DNA of 64,000 nucleotides from Alphaproteobacteria bacterium (GTDB taxonomy: Bacteria; Pseudomonadota; Alphaproteobacteria; GCA-2731375), in assembly GCA_965232515.1 (NCBI GenBank), contig CBDDPY010000002.1, forward strand, positions 2,944,001 to 3,008,000. The letters run 5' to 3'. Both the position numbers and the translations under genes were made by a program. Shown here in pieces: positions 29,723 through 39,570 of this stretch. The notes beneath the pieces were generated by a model, which did no database searches, was not told where the DNA came from, and saw only the letters and a list, made by a program, of their open reading frames with translations. Within the stretch, counting starts at the first letter, position 1. The number at the start of each line of letters is the position of its first letter.

Positions 29723-31506
29723 CGTCACGTCTTAGAAATCTGTTCATCGATGCACGCCGGCGCCTGGGCCGACGTCTATACATTCTGTTCGCTGTGATGG
29801 CGCTCACCGGTTTTGTGGAAGGTATCGGCGTTGCCTTGATCCTGCCGCTTTTGGGCATGATTGGCATTGGCGAGGGCTACAAGACGACAATCGTCGCGAC
29901 GACGGTCGCGCAGGGCTTTGCCTGGTTCAATTTGCAACCGAATGTCGCCATCCTTGTCGCCATCATCACAGTTGTCTTCGTTTTGCAGACCAGCGTTTTC
30001 ATCGCGCAAAGCTGGCTGGCCGCCAGCCTGCAAAGCCGCTATGTCAAGATTTGGCGCGACGCATTGTTGGCATCCTACCTGCGGTCTGCCTGGTCGTTCT
30101 TTCATCAAAATCGGTCGGGAGAATTGATTAACGGGCTGATTACCGAAACAAATCGTGTCGGCGGGGCCTTTTATCTCCTTAGCCAGCTGATTGCGACGGT
30201 TCTTGTCACGACAATCTATATCGGTCTCGCGCTGATCGTATCGTGGCAGGTCACGGCTGTCCTGCTGCTCGGGGCCGGCGCAATTTTTTTCCTGACCCGC
30301 GGCCTGATGGGTTTTGCCTATCGTGTTGGCGTCGACATCAGTGCACGCGGGCACGAATTGCAGGAAGCCGCGAACGAATTCGTCGGCGGCGCCAAGCTGG
30401 TCAAGGCAACGGCGACGGAGCAGCTTGCCGAAGCGAAGTTCATGACGCTGACCGAACAAATGCGGCCCCTGTTTTTTTGGAGTTCGTTCAACCCGAACGC
30501 CCTGCGCGCGATCTTTGAGCTTACGGCGATAACTGGGCTGTGCGTCCTGCTTGCCGTCGGAACGACGGCGTTTGGCATCGACTCGGCGTCCATTCTGGTC
30601 GTTCTGGCCATTTTTTTGCGGTTGTATCCCAAGCTCTCGGTCGCGCAGCAGAATATGCAACTCCTCAACGTCTACACACCGGCCGTCGAGACGGCGCAGC
30701 GACTGCTCGCCAGGGCCGTCGCGGGGCTCGAGGTCGAGGATCAGCGCGCCCTGCCCCAGAAACTGCTGGAACAACAGGTCTCAGTCGAGGTCGTCGATCT
30801 TTGCGCGGCCTATGACGAAACGGCGGTACTGGACCGGATCAGGTTTGCGATCCCCGCCGGCCACAACGTCGGCATCGTCGGCAGTTCGGGCGCCGGCAAG
30901 TCGACCCTCGTCGACTGCCTATTGCGTCTGGTCGAACCGAGCGCCGGGTACATCCTGATCGGCGGATATAGGCTCAATGATTTGCCGACGCCGGCATGGC
31001 GCCGCGCCATCGGATATGTCCCGCAGGACACCTTTTTGTTCAATGCGTCGATCCGTGAAAATCTCCTTTGGGGCCACCAAGACGTCGGCGACGACCAGAT
31101 GATCGCGGCTGCCCGACAGGCCAACGCGCACGAGTTCATCAGCCGGATGCCGTCGGGCTACGACACTGTGGTGGGCGACCGCGGTGTGCGCCTTTCCGGC
31201 GGCCAGCGCCAACGTATCGGTCTTGCGCGCGCGTTGGTCGGCCGGCCGAAGCTTCTTATTCTCGACGAAGCGACCAGCGCACTCGACTCCGATTCCGAAC
31301 GTGTCGTGTTGGACGCGATTGACAATCTGCGCGGGGAGCTGACGATCATTGTGGTCGCTCATCGACTGTCCACGGTGCGGGACGCCGACAGCATTCTCGT
31401 CCTTGAATCCGGCCACCTTGTGGAACAGGGCACTTGGAGTGAACTGCTGGATGGCGACCGCCGCTTCCGGCGCTTGTGGGACCTGCAGCAGCAAAGCGGC
31501 TCGTAA
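29719..31506 (+). CDS. ABC transporter permease/ATPase (PglK/Wzk/MsbA-like lipid-linked glycan flippase)
   Basis: N-terminal TM domain, GSSGAGKS, LSGGQRQR, ILDEATSALD; TTG start overlapping upstream TGA. Confidence 0.88.
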   Translation: MTSRLRNLFIDARRRLGRRLYILFAVMALTGFVEGIGVALILPLLGMIGIGEGYKTTIVATTVAQGFAWFNLQPNVAILVAIITVVFVLQTSVFIAQSWLAASLQSRYVKIWRDALLASYLRSAWSFFHQNRSGELINGLITETNRVGGAFYLLSQLIATVLVTTIYIGLALIVSWQVTAVLLLGAGAIFFLTRGLMGFAYRVGVDISARGHELQEAANEFVGGAKLVKATATEQLAEAKFMTLTEQMRPLFFWSSFNPNALRAIFELTAITGLCVLLAVGTTAFGIDSASILVVLAIFLRLYPKLSVAQQNMQLLNVYTPAVETAQRLLARAVAGLEVEDQRALPQKLLEQQVSVEVVDLCAAYDETAVLDRIRFAIPAGHNVGIVGSSGAGKSTLVDCLLRLVEPSAGYILIGGYRLNDLPTPAWRRAIGYVPQDTFLFNASIRENLLWGHQDVGDDQMIAAARQANAHEFISRMPSGYDTVVGDRGVRLSGGQRQRIGLARALVGRPKLLILDEATSALDSDSERVVLDAIDNLRGELTIIVVAHRLSTVRDADSILVLESGHLVEQGTWSELLDGDRRFRRLWDLQQQSGS

Positions 31507-31511
31507 GCAGC

Positions 31512-33059
31512 GTGTTCGAGATATCGGCCGTTGTAGCCATTTCGTTGCTGGTATTTTTTTTCGCACGCCTTTGGCCCAACTGGCAGACGCGCAACAGAGG
31601 TTGCGATGCCTTCTACTTCCTGCTCACCGCCGATGCGTTCCGCCGAGATCGAAAGCTTCCTATCGTCCTGCCCCCGGTGTATCTGCTGGAGTCGAACGAG
31701 CAATGGTATCCACCGGGATTTTCGGTTTTCCTCGGACTATTCCCGCAAAATATTCTCGACCGTTATCACTGGCTCATCTCCAGCCTGCTCGACAGTACCG
31801 TCCTGATTGCCGCGGTTATCTGGGCCGGCTTGCAGTTCGGACCGCCGGCAGCGCTCATGGTCGGCATGAGTTATGCCATCGCCTCGGTCTTGGTGATCGA
31901 GTACAGCAGCCTGACTTCAAGAGCTCTCGCGGTTCCGCTGTTCGCGCTTTTCCTGTTATCAGCCTTCGGCTGGACCGCGGGCAGTTATCTCGCACTGGGC
32001 TGCGCCATCATCGCTGGAACCGCTCTTTTCTTCACGCACAAGCTGTCGATGCAGCTGCTTTGGTTCCTAGTTCCTTTTCTCGCCATCTGGCAAGCCGACC
32101 CAGTATGGCTCGTTCCGCTTGCGGCCGCTTATGCCAGTGCATGCGCTGTTGCGCCGCGTTTGTTCGTGAAAATCCTACGTGCTCATTGGGATATCGTGAC
32201 CTTCTGGAACCGGAACTGGCGGTATTTGGGCGCGCATCAGATCAAGAATTCTCCCGTCTATGGGGACGGCCGTCCGAACGGATTTCACCGACATGGCGAT
32301 CTTGGCAGAGCCGTTCTGAACCAGGCACGAATGCTGCTACAATTCAACCCCTGGCTTTTTGCGCTTCCGATCACACTCTGGCAGTTCGAAACGCTGTCGC
32401 CAGTGCTGCAGTTCTTCGTCATCACCTCCATTGCCGCCCTAATCTGGGCCACGATCACACTCTATGTCGGCCCGCTGCGGTGTCTCGGCGAAGGAACGAA
32501 ATACATCAAATATGGTTTGCCTTTCTCGCTCCTCGTGGCGATCGCATTGCCGCATAGCATGGCGCCGCAAGATGCCTGGATAGGCTGGGTCGCTTTCTAT
32601 ATCAGTGCCGGATCGCAGTTGGCCCACTACATTTGGACGGTCGCAAGGCAACGGAAATCGTCGCACCTGACCGGAATAATGTCTCCGGACTTGATGACAA
32701 TTATCGGTCACTTGCAGAAATCGCCAGATGCGCGCGTTTTGTGCCTGCCAACGAACCTCGCCGACGCTGTTGCCTATCATTCGGGCAAACCCGTCCTGTG
32801 GGGAACACACGGATTTGGCTTTCGCTGGGCGGAACCTTTTTTCCCTGTGCTACGGCAGCCTCTACCGAAATTCGTCGAGCAATATGGCCTAACTCACCTG
32901 CTGTTCGACAGCAAGTTCACATCGCATAAAGAATTGCAGCTTGTGCCTCGGGATGAAGACATGAATGTCGGTGACTTTTGCCTAACAACGCTTGAAAAGA
33001 CCGCCGGCACGTCTGCCGTACTGGCCCCGCCCGTCATGACCTTGAAGACAACGTCGTGA
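31512..33059 (+). CDS. Multi-pass membrane protein, GT-C-fold glycosyltransferase-like
   Basis: TM1 ending in R, loop GCDAFYF then YPPGF, many TMs, small C-terminal soluble domain (YGLTHLLFD); no WWDYG. Confidence 0.6.
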   Translation: MFEISAVVAISLLVFFFARLWPNWQTRNRGCDAFYFLLTADAFRRDRKLPIVLPPVYLLESNEQWYPPGFSVFLGLFPQNILDRYHWLISSLLDSTVLIAAVIWAGLQFGPPAALMVGMSYAIASVLVIEYSSLTSRALAVPLFALFLLSAFGWTAGSYLALGCAIIAGTALFFTHKLSMQLLWFLVPFLAIWQADPVWLVPLAAAYASACAVAPRLFVKILRAHWDIVTFWNRNWRYLGAHQIKNSPVYGDGRPNGFHRHGDLGRAVLNQARMLLQFNPWLFALPITLWQFETLSPVLQFFVITSIAALIWATITLYVGPLRCLGEGTKYIKYGLPFSLLVAIALPHSMAPQDAWIGWVAFYISAGSQLAHYIWTVARQRKSSHLTGIMSPDLMTIIGHLQKSPDARVLCLPTNLADAVAYHSGKPVLWGTHGFGFRWAEPFFPVLRQPLPKFVEQYGLTHLLFDSKFTSHKELQLVPRDEDMNVGDFCLTTLEKTAGTSAVLAPPVMTLKTTS

Positions 33060-33859
33060 GACAGGCCATAAACGCCGACGGTGCCGAACTGCGATTTGGC
33101 TTTGGCGCCAACTGGCAGCGGTTCGTGAAGCACCTAAGCGATGCACGCATTGCCCGAGCTGAAAGCTCGTTACAAGAGATGTTGCGCATACAGAATCTCA
33201 ATGGCATGCGGGTACTGGATGCGGGATCTGGGTCGGGCTTGCTCAGCCTTGCAGCGTGCCGGCTTGGCGCGGATGTCTATTCTTTCGACTATGACCCCGA
33301 CTCCGTTGCCTGCACGAGATTTATCAGAGACCGATACGCATATGGCAATGGGCATTGGACAATCAAACAGGGATCCGTGCTCGACGGCGCGTTCATAGAC
33401 AAGCTAGGCAAGTTCGACATCGTATATTCGTGGGGAGTCCTGCACCACACTGGCGACATGCGCCTGGCTATCGATACCGTCTCACAGGCCGTTGCTCCTG
33501 GCGGGACCTTGATGCTGTCGATCTACAACGATCAGGGGCTGCTTAGCCGATTCTGGCGGATCGTTAAGATACAATTCAACCGGAACCGCCTGAGCCGGGT
33601 CATTACCATCGCAATTTTTGCCCCCTATCTCGTCGGTCTGCGTTATCTCGTGAGATTGACCCGCGGCCGCGTCGAGCTCGAGCGCGGAATGAGCCTCTGG
33701 TACGACATGTTAGATTGGCTAGGCGGCTATCCATTCGAAGTCGCACGCCCCGAAGAAATCGTCGACCAGCTCCACGCCCTAGGCTTCGCGCTGACCAAAA
33801 TCCGCACCGTCGGCGGCCGTAACGGCTGCAATGAGTTCGTCGCGCGGAAATTCGCCTGA
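33056..33859 (+). CDS. Class I SAM-dependent methyltransferase (UbiG-like)
   Basis: FGFGANW, LDAGSGSG, YSWGVLHHTG, DWLGGYPFE. Confidence 0.88.
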   Translation: MRQAINADGAELRFGFGANWQRFVKHLSDARIARAESSLQEMLRIQNLNGMRVLDAGSGSGLLSLAACRLGADVYSFDYDPDSVACTRFIRDRYAYGNGHWTIKQGSVLDGAFIDKLGKFDIVYSWGVLHHTGDMRLAIDTVSQAVAPGGTLMLSIYNDQGLLSRFWRIVKIQFNRNRLSRVITIAIFAPYLVGLRYLVRLTRGRVELERGMSLWYDMLDWLGGYPFEVARPEEIVDQLHALGFALTKIRTVGGRNGCNEFVARKFA

Positions 33860-33881
33860 GGCATTCAGCAGTCGTATATCG

Positions 33882-35066
33882 ATGGTCCGGGTCCTGCATC
33901 TCATCACAAGCCTGGAAACCGGCGGTGCCGAGATGATGCTGTACAAGTATCTGCAAGGAGCAGACCGCATGCGCACCGAAAACACCGTCGTCTGCCTTGG
34001 CAGCGACGGCACCCTCGCGGAACCGATCCGCCAGCTTGGAATAGATGTCCATACGATCCGACTGAAAAAGCGGTTGAGCGCCGTGGTCGCCTTAATTCGT
34101 CTCGCGATTCTTCTGCGCCGGGAGCAGCCGCAGATCCTGCAATCTTGGTTGTACCATGCCGACCTTATCGGCCTGCTGCTCGGAAAACTGGCCGGAGTTT
34201 CTAAAATTGTCTGGAACCTACGTTGCTCAAATACGGGCACTATCTACACAAAAGGAACGGGCGCCCTGCTGTTGAAATCGCTCGCCATGCTTTCAGGCCG
34301 ACCGGCCGCCGTTATTGTGAACTCCGTTGCCGGACGGATCGAGCATGAACGTCTCGGCTACAAGCCGACGCGATGGGAACTCCTGCCAAATGGATTTGAC
34401 CTGGATGCATTCAATCCGAGCCCTGTCGCCCGCGCGCGATTGCGTCAGGAACTTGGGCTAGATAGCAATGCCTTTTTAATCGGGCTTGTAGCCAGATTCG
34501 ACCCGCTGAAAGATCAGGAGAACTTCCTGCGCGCGGCGGCAAAGCTCCAGCGGACACGTAGGAATGTTCAATTCGTCATGGTCGGTCGTGGCATTGTCAA
34601 GAGGAACGCCGAACTTTCGGCCCTGATCGAGCAGACCGGAATTAATGCCACCGGGCTGCATCTTCTAGGCGAACGCCGCGATATCGCGAACATCACCGCC
34701 GCGCTCGACATCGCGACCTGTGCGTCAAATGCTGAGGGATTTCCGAACATCGTCGGCGAAGCCATGGCATGTGGCGTCCCATGTGCCGTCACCGACGTCG
34801 GTGACGCGGCCATCATAGTTGGCGAGACAGGCCGTGTGGTGCCGGCCAAAGATCCAGTCGCGCTGTCTTCAGCTTTCGCATCGCTGGTCGACATTGGCGA
34901 ACAGGCCCGCACGCGGTTGGGCTGCGCAGCACGGACGCGAATTGCCGAGCACTATAGCCTTGCCGCCATCTGTAAACGCTATGACGACCTTTACGAGGAC
35001 CTGGCCGACCCACACTCGGAACATCGGAGCTGGCATCGCGCCCAGCAGGTCAGCGGCAAGATCTGA
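33882..35066 (+). CDS. GT4 glycosyltransferase
   Basis: LHLITSLETGGAE, VARFDPLKD, EGFPNIVGEAMACGVP. Confidence 0.92.
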   Translation: MVRVLHLITSLETGGAEMMLYKYLQGADRMRTENTVVCLGSDGTLAEPIRQLGIDVHTIRLKKRLSAVVALIRLAILLRREQPQILQSWLYHADLIGLLLGKLAGVSKIVWNLRCSNTGTIYTKGTGALLLKSLAMLSGRPAAVIVNSVAGRIEHERLGYKPTRWELLPNGFDLDAFNPSPVARARLRQELGLDSNAFLIGLVARFDPLKDQENFLRAAAKLQRTRRNVQFVMVGRGIVKRNAELSALIEQTGINATGLHLLGERRDIANITAALDIATCASNAEGFPNIVGEAMACGVPCAVTDVGDAAIIVGETGRVVPAKDPVALSSAFASLVDIGEQARTRLGCAARTRIAEHYSLAAICKRYDDLYEDLADPHSEHRSWHRAQQVSGKI

Positions 35067-35190
35067 CGGCAAGACGCAGTTCTTGCCGCTGACGTTTGAC
35101 CAAGTCTCATACGCCGCCTTACGCGTACGTTTTTGTGGATATTCGCCTAACCGCGTTGACAGTCCGTAGTGGCAATTAACCTGCAAATCC

Positions 35191-36204
35191 ATGACATTTG
35201 ACACGTCGTACTACCGCCGAAAACTTGATCTGCTCCAGGACCTATTCGGTGCCCGATCCGTCGCGCTGACTGACAGCGGCCTCGAAGTCGATGGGAAATG
35301 CTACCCCATTGTCGACGACGTAATCATCTTGCTCGATCCGTCCCAATATCCGAAAGAGCTGAGACGGCTGCTTCCCTCCGAGCAGGACGACAACACCGAC
35401 GAGGTCGGCAGTCTGGCGCACGACATCCAGTTCACGTTTGGCGAAGAGTGGCAGAAATTCGATCAGGTTCTGCCCGAGCATGAGCGAGAATTCCATCAAT
35501 ATTTTGACGTCGTGGACATCAACGCGCTGACCGGCCAACGCATCTGCGACCTCGGATGTGGGGTCGGCAGGTGGAGCTATTTCCTACGCAATATCGCCAG
35601 AGAGCTTGTGCTCGTCGATTTTTCGGAAGCCATATTCGTTGCCAGGCGAAACCTTCGCAGCGCCGACAACGCCGTGTACTTTATGGCCGATCTACAGAAC
35701 CTGCCATTCAGGCCGGATTTCGCGGATTTCGGGTTCTGCCTGGGCGTCGCCCATCATCTACCGACCAACGCACTTGACGCGGTGCGCGACATAGCCCGCT
35801 ATGCGCCGCTATTGCTGGTCTACCTATATTCCGCGCTCGATGCCCGGCCAGCCTACTATCGAACGCTGCTGCATGTCGTGACCTGGGTCCGCAAGAGCGC
35901 AAGCCGAGTTTCAAACCGGACATTCCGAAATGTCTTCACCTGGATGGGAACTCTGTTTATCTATCTTCCGTTGGTCTGGCTCGGCGTCATGCTCCGGCCG
36001 TTCGGATTGTCGTCCCGCGTCCCGCTCTACGACTTCTATTGCGGCAAGTCCATCAAACGCATACGCCAGGACGTCTATGACCGCTTTTTTACTCGCATCG
36101 AGCAGAGGTTCAGCCGCAGTGAGATCACAGGCCTCCAAGACAGCTTCCGGCGGGTCACGGTGTCGTCGAGCATTCCCTACTGGCATTTCCTCTGCGAGCG
36201 CTGA
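35191..36204 (+). CDS. Class I SAM-dependent methyltransferase with Trm112-like N-terminal segment
   Basis: YPIVDDVIIL, FTFGEEW, DLGCGVGR, LGVAHH. Confidence 0.85.
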   Translation: MTFDTSYYRRKLDLLQDLFGARSVALTDSGLEVDGKCYPIVDDVIILLDPSQYPKELRRLLPSEQDDNTDEVGSLAHDIQFTFGEEWQKFDQVLPEHEREFHQYFDVVDINALTGQRICDLGCGVGRWSYFLRNIARELVLVDFSEAIFVARRNLRSADNAVYFMADLQNLPFRPDFADFGFCLGVAHHLPTNALDAVRDIARYAPLLLVYLYSALDARPAYYRTLLHVVTWVRKSASRVSNRTFRNVFTWMGTLFIYLPLVWLGVMLRPFGLSSRVPLYDFYCGKSIKRIRQDVYDRFFTRIEQRFSRSEITGLQDSFRRVTVSSSIPYWHFLCER

Positions 36205-36244
36205 GACGAGCACACCCATGCCCGGTATGACGGCCTGAACGGAT

Positions 36245-38218
36245 ATGTGCGGAATCGCGGGCTTCCTGAATCTGCGCAAAACTCGTTCGGCATCGGCCTC
36301 GAACAAAATTGGACGTGCCATGGCCGATGCGATCCGGCATCGCGGGCCTGATGACGCTGGATTATGGACGGATGCCTCGGCGGGGTTGACCTTGGCGCAC
36401 CGCCGGCTTTCGATCATCGACCTTTCGCCCGGCGGCCATCAGCCCATGGTATCGACGAACGGGCGCTGGGTGATTGCCTATAACGGCGAGGTCTATAACT
36501 TTAGGGAACTCCGCCGGGACCTGGAGCAATCCGGGCAGCGCTTTCGCGGCAACTCTGATACCGAAGTCGTCCTTGAGGCCTGCGCGGCCTGGGGCGTCGA
36601 AACGACGCTGCAGCGCCTCATCGGCATGTTCGCGTTCGCCCTTTGGGATCAGTCCGATAAGATATTGTACTTGGCGCGGGATCGGCTTGGCATCAAACCT
36701 CTGTACTGGGGCCAGCATGATGATGTGTTCGTGTTCGGGTCCGAACTGAAATCCCTGACGCAGCAACCGGACTGGGGGCCCGAGGTCGACCGCGATGCGC
36801 TGACCACCTATATGCGCTTTGGCTATGTGCCGAGCCCAATGAGCATCTACAAGGGTGTTTCCAAACTTCCACCAGGTCATCTGCTTCGGTTTCGTCCCGG
36901 TGCGACAGTCCAGACTAATCTTTATTGGGACATCCGGAGCATTGCCCGGGACGGCGTGCGTGACCGGTCCACCCTGAGCGACGCCGATGCGGTATGCCAG
37001 TTCGAGATGTTGCTGCGCGATGCCGTCAAGCGACGCCTTGTAGCTGATGTGCCTATTGGCGCCTTTCTTTCAGGCGGGATCGATTCCTCTTGCGTCGCTG
37101 CCATGATGCAGGATGAGAGCGTCGGACCGATCAGCACATTCTCGATCGGCTTCAACGAGAAGGGCTTTGACGAAGCGCCCCACGCCAAGGCGGTCGCCCG
37201 TCATCTCGGTACGGATCACACCGAGTTGTACGTCACGCCGACGGATGCGTTGGCCGTGGTGCCGTCGTTGCCCGACATGTTCGATGAGCCGTTTGCCGAC
37301 TCCTCTCAGATACCGACGTATCTCATCTCTGCCATGACGCGCCGGTACGTTACTGTCGCGCTGTCCGGCGACGGCGGCGACGAACTATTCGGCGGTTATA
37401 CTCGCTACGCCTGGGGCGAGACTTGGTGGCGGCGGATCGGCGCGCTGCCGCTATCCGGTCGCAGGTTCTTGGGCGACATCATCGAAGGCCTGCCGGAATC
37501 GACCTGGAACCATCTGTTCCGGACTATCCCTCGCAGTCTCCGGCCGCCGACCCCTGGCCGGAAAATGCATGTCCTTTCCAACGTTCTGCGTATCGACAAT
37601 CCGGACGCGCTCTATCGTCGTCAACATACCCATTGGCATCAGCCGGAAGAACTCGTCGTCGGGGGCCGCGAACGGCACGGCGTGCTGAATGATCATTCGA
37701 TCGCCGAGGAAATCCCCAATTTCACGGAGCGGATGCAGCTCTTCGATATATTGACCTACCTTCACGACGATATCCTGACCAAGGTCGATCGGGCGAGCAT
37801 GGCGGTCGGCCTGGAAGCCCGCGTGCCGCTCCTGGACCACCGAGTCGTGGAGTTCGCATGGCGTCTCCCGAGGCATATGAAGATCCGCGGAGGCAGCAGC
37901 AAATGGCTATTGCGCCAAATGCTGGAGCGCTATGTGCCGAAAGCACTGACCGACCGGCCGAAAATGGGATTCGGCGTGCCAATCGACGATTGGCTGCGGG
38001 GCCCGTTGCGTGACTGGGCGGAAACGTTGCTGGACGAGCAACGACTGGCGCGCGAAGGCTACTTAAATCCGGTGCCCATTCGCCAATTCTGGACGGATTT
38101 CATTACCGAGCGCACGAGCAGCGGCTATCGCCTTTGGACGGTGCTGATGTTCCAATCATGGTTGGAGCATCAAACCGGCGCTAAACCACTTCTTTCGCAA
38201 CGGTGTCGGGCCTCGTGA
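36245..38218 (+). CDS. asnB: Second asparagine synthase-like glutamine amidotransferase
   Basis: MCGIAG, HRGPD, LSGGIDS, DEPFADSS, GDGGDELFGGY, KVDRASM, EARVPLLD. Confidence 0.93.
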   Translation: MCGIAGFLNLRKTRSASASNKIGRAMADAIRHRGPDDAGLWTDASAGLTLAHRRLSIIDLSPGGHQPMVSTNGRWVIAYNGEVYNFRELRRDLEQSGQRFRGNSDTEVVLEACAAWGVETTLQRLIGMFAFALWDQSDKILYLARDRLGIKPLYWGQHDDVFVFGSELKSLTQQPDWGPEVDRDALTTYMRFGYVPSPMSIYKGVSKLPPGHLLRFRPGATVQTNLYWDIRSIARDGVRDRSTLSDADAVCQFEMLLRDAVKRRLVADVPIGAFLSGGIDSSCVAAMMQDESVGPISTFSIGFNEKGFDEAPHAKAVARHLGTDHTELYVTPTDALAVVPSLPDMFDEPFADSSQIPTYLISAMTRRYVTVALSGDGGDELFGGYTRYAWGETWWRRIGALPLSGRRFLGDIIEGLPESTWNHLFRTIPRSLRPPTPGRKMHVLSNVLRIDNPDALYRRQHTHWHQPEELVVGGRERHGVLNDHSIAEEIPNFTERMQLFDILTYLHDDILTKVDRASMAVGLEARVPLLDHRVVEFAWRLPRHMKIRGGSSKWLLRQMLERYVPKALTDRPKMGFGVPIDDWLRGPLRDWAETLLDEQRLAREGYLNPVPIRQFWTDFITERTSSGYRLWTVLMFQSWLEHQTGAKPLLSQRCRAS

Positions 38219-39392
38219 GGGCACCGCGTAGGCCACAATTGCCAAGCACGGCTTCATAGACCTCCAACGTTCGACGTACCACTTCCTTCTCGGAAAACTC
38301 CGTCTCGGCGATCTCACGGCCGCGGCGGCCCATCCTTCGACGCAGATCCCGATCCTCGATCAGACGACTTAGGGCCGTGGCAAGTCGATGGGGGTCTTTC
38401 GGGGGCACTAAAAGTCCATTCTCCATATTCCGAACAATATCCCTGCATCCGGGCGTGTCGGTGCTGACAGTCGGCCGACCAGCGGCGGCGGCTTCGATCA
38501 GCACTTTCGGAACACCCTCGCCGTATGAGCTGGGCAGACAGACAATATGGCTCGCCGCATAAATTGCAGGCATATCCTCCCGCCGTCCCCACCACTCGAC
38601 AAATCCTTCGGTTTGCCAGTCACGTAGCACTGAAACAGGGACGGCGCGGGGATTGCTTGGCTGCGTATCGCCAAGCAGGACAAACCGCGCGGACACCCCC
38701 TGTTGCCTCAAAATCCGCGCTGCCGAAGCAAAATCCCCGACGCCTTTGTCCCATATCAGGCGGGCCGGCATGATGATCAACGGGATCTCATCGGGCTCCT
38801 CTGTCGGCACGAACAGATCGAGGGCGACACCCGAGCCGTAAATTAGAACTAGCGACTCGGATTTCGCGGCGCGCGTCGAGAGCAGCATCTCGCCATCGTC
38901 CGGGTTCTGAACAATAACCTTGGCATTTCGGTGCGCCATTGCGAGCCGGTAGCCAAACAGTATAAGTCTGCGCAGGATCGATGCTTTATGGCCCGAAGCG
39001 ATGAAGGCGTCGCCCAGGCCGGTAATGGCGCAGATCATCGCTGGGACGCCGACAAGTCTTGCGACAAGCCCACCGTAAAGCGTGGGCTTAATTGTTATGT
39101 GATGGACGATATCGGGCCGTAATGCGCGATATAACCGGTATAAACCGTAGATCGTCTTCAGCTCGGTGATCGGGTGCTTGCCGCGACGTGACAAAGGAAT
39201 CGAATGGAATTTGAAGCCTTCGGCCCGCAAATCATCGATAGTGAATGTTTTCGGCGCCCAGACATGATCGCTCGGTGCGGCAACATGGACGTCAAATCCC
39301 GCGGCCAGCGCCGCCCTCGCAATCGGCAGGCGATGCGACATGAAGAAGTAAGCTTCATTGACAACATAGAGGAGCCGCAAGCGTCTTTTCAT
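38181..39392 (-). CDS. GT4 glycosyltransferase (CapM/PglA-like)
   Basis: FFMSHR, TIKP..YG, ARLIWDKG, EGVPKVLIEAAA, DTPGCRDIV. Confidence 0.92.
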   Translation of the reverse strand: MKRRLRLLYVVNEAYFFMSHRLPIARAALAAGFDVHVAAPSDHVWAPKTFTIDDLRAEGFKFHSIPLSRRGKHPITELKTIYGLYRLYRALRPDIVHHITIKPTLYGGLVARLVGVPAMICAITGLGDAFIASGHKASILRRLILFGYRLAMAHRNAKVIVQNPDDGEMLLSTRAAKSESLVLIYGSGVALDLFVPTEEPDEIPLIIMPARLIWDKGVGDFASAARILRQQGVSARFVLLGDTQPSNPRAVPVSVLRDWQTEGFVEWWGRREDMPAIYAASHIVCLPSSYGEGVPKVLIEAAAAGRPTVSTDTPGCRDIVRNMENGLLVPPKDPHRLATALSRLIEDRDLRRRMGRRGREIAETEFSEKEVVRRTLEVYEAVLGNCGLRGALTRPDTVAKEVV

Positions 39393-39570
39393 TCAATCTC
39401 CTGAACCGGCCTCGGTGCCAATGTACCAACTCTCCGTACAAGCTGATCGGTGTGCCGTTCAGCCCGGCTCGCAACCGACAACCCTGGCGGCGGCAAGTCC
39501 AATCTCAGCATCCAGAGGGACCTCGGCCAGAATCGGTCGTGTCAATACGGTCATGAGGACATAGAACTAC

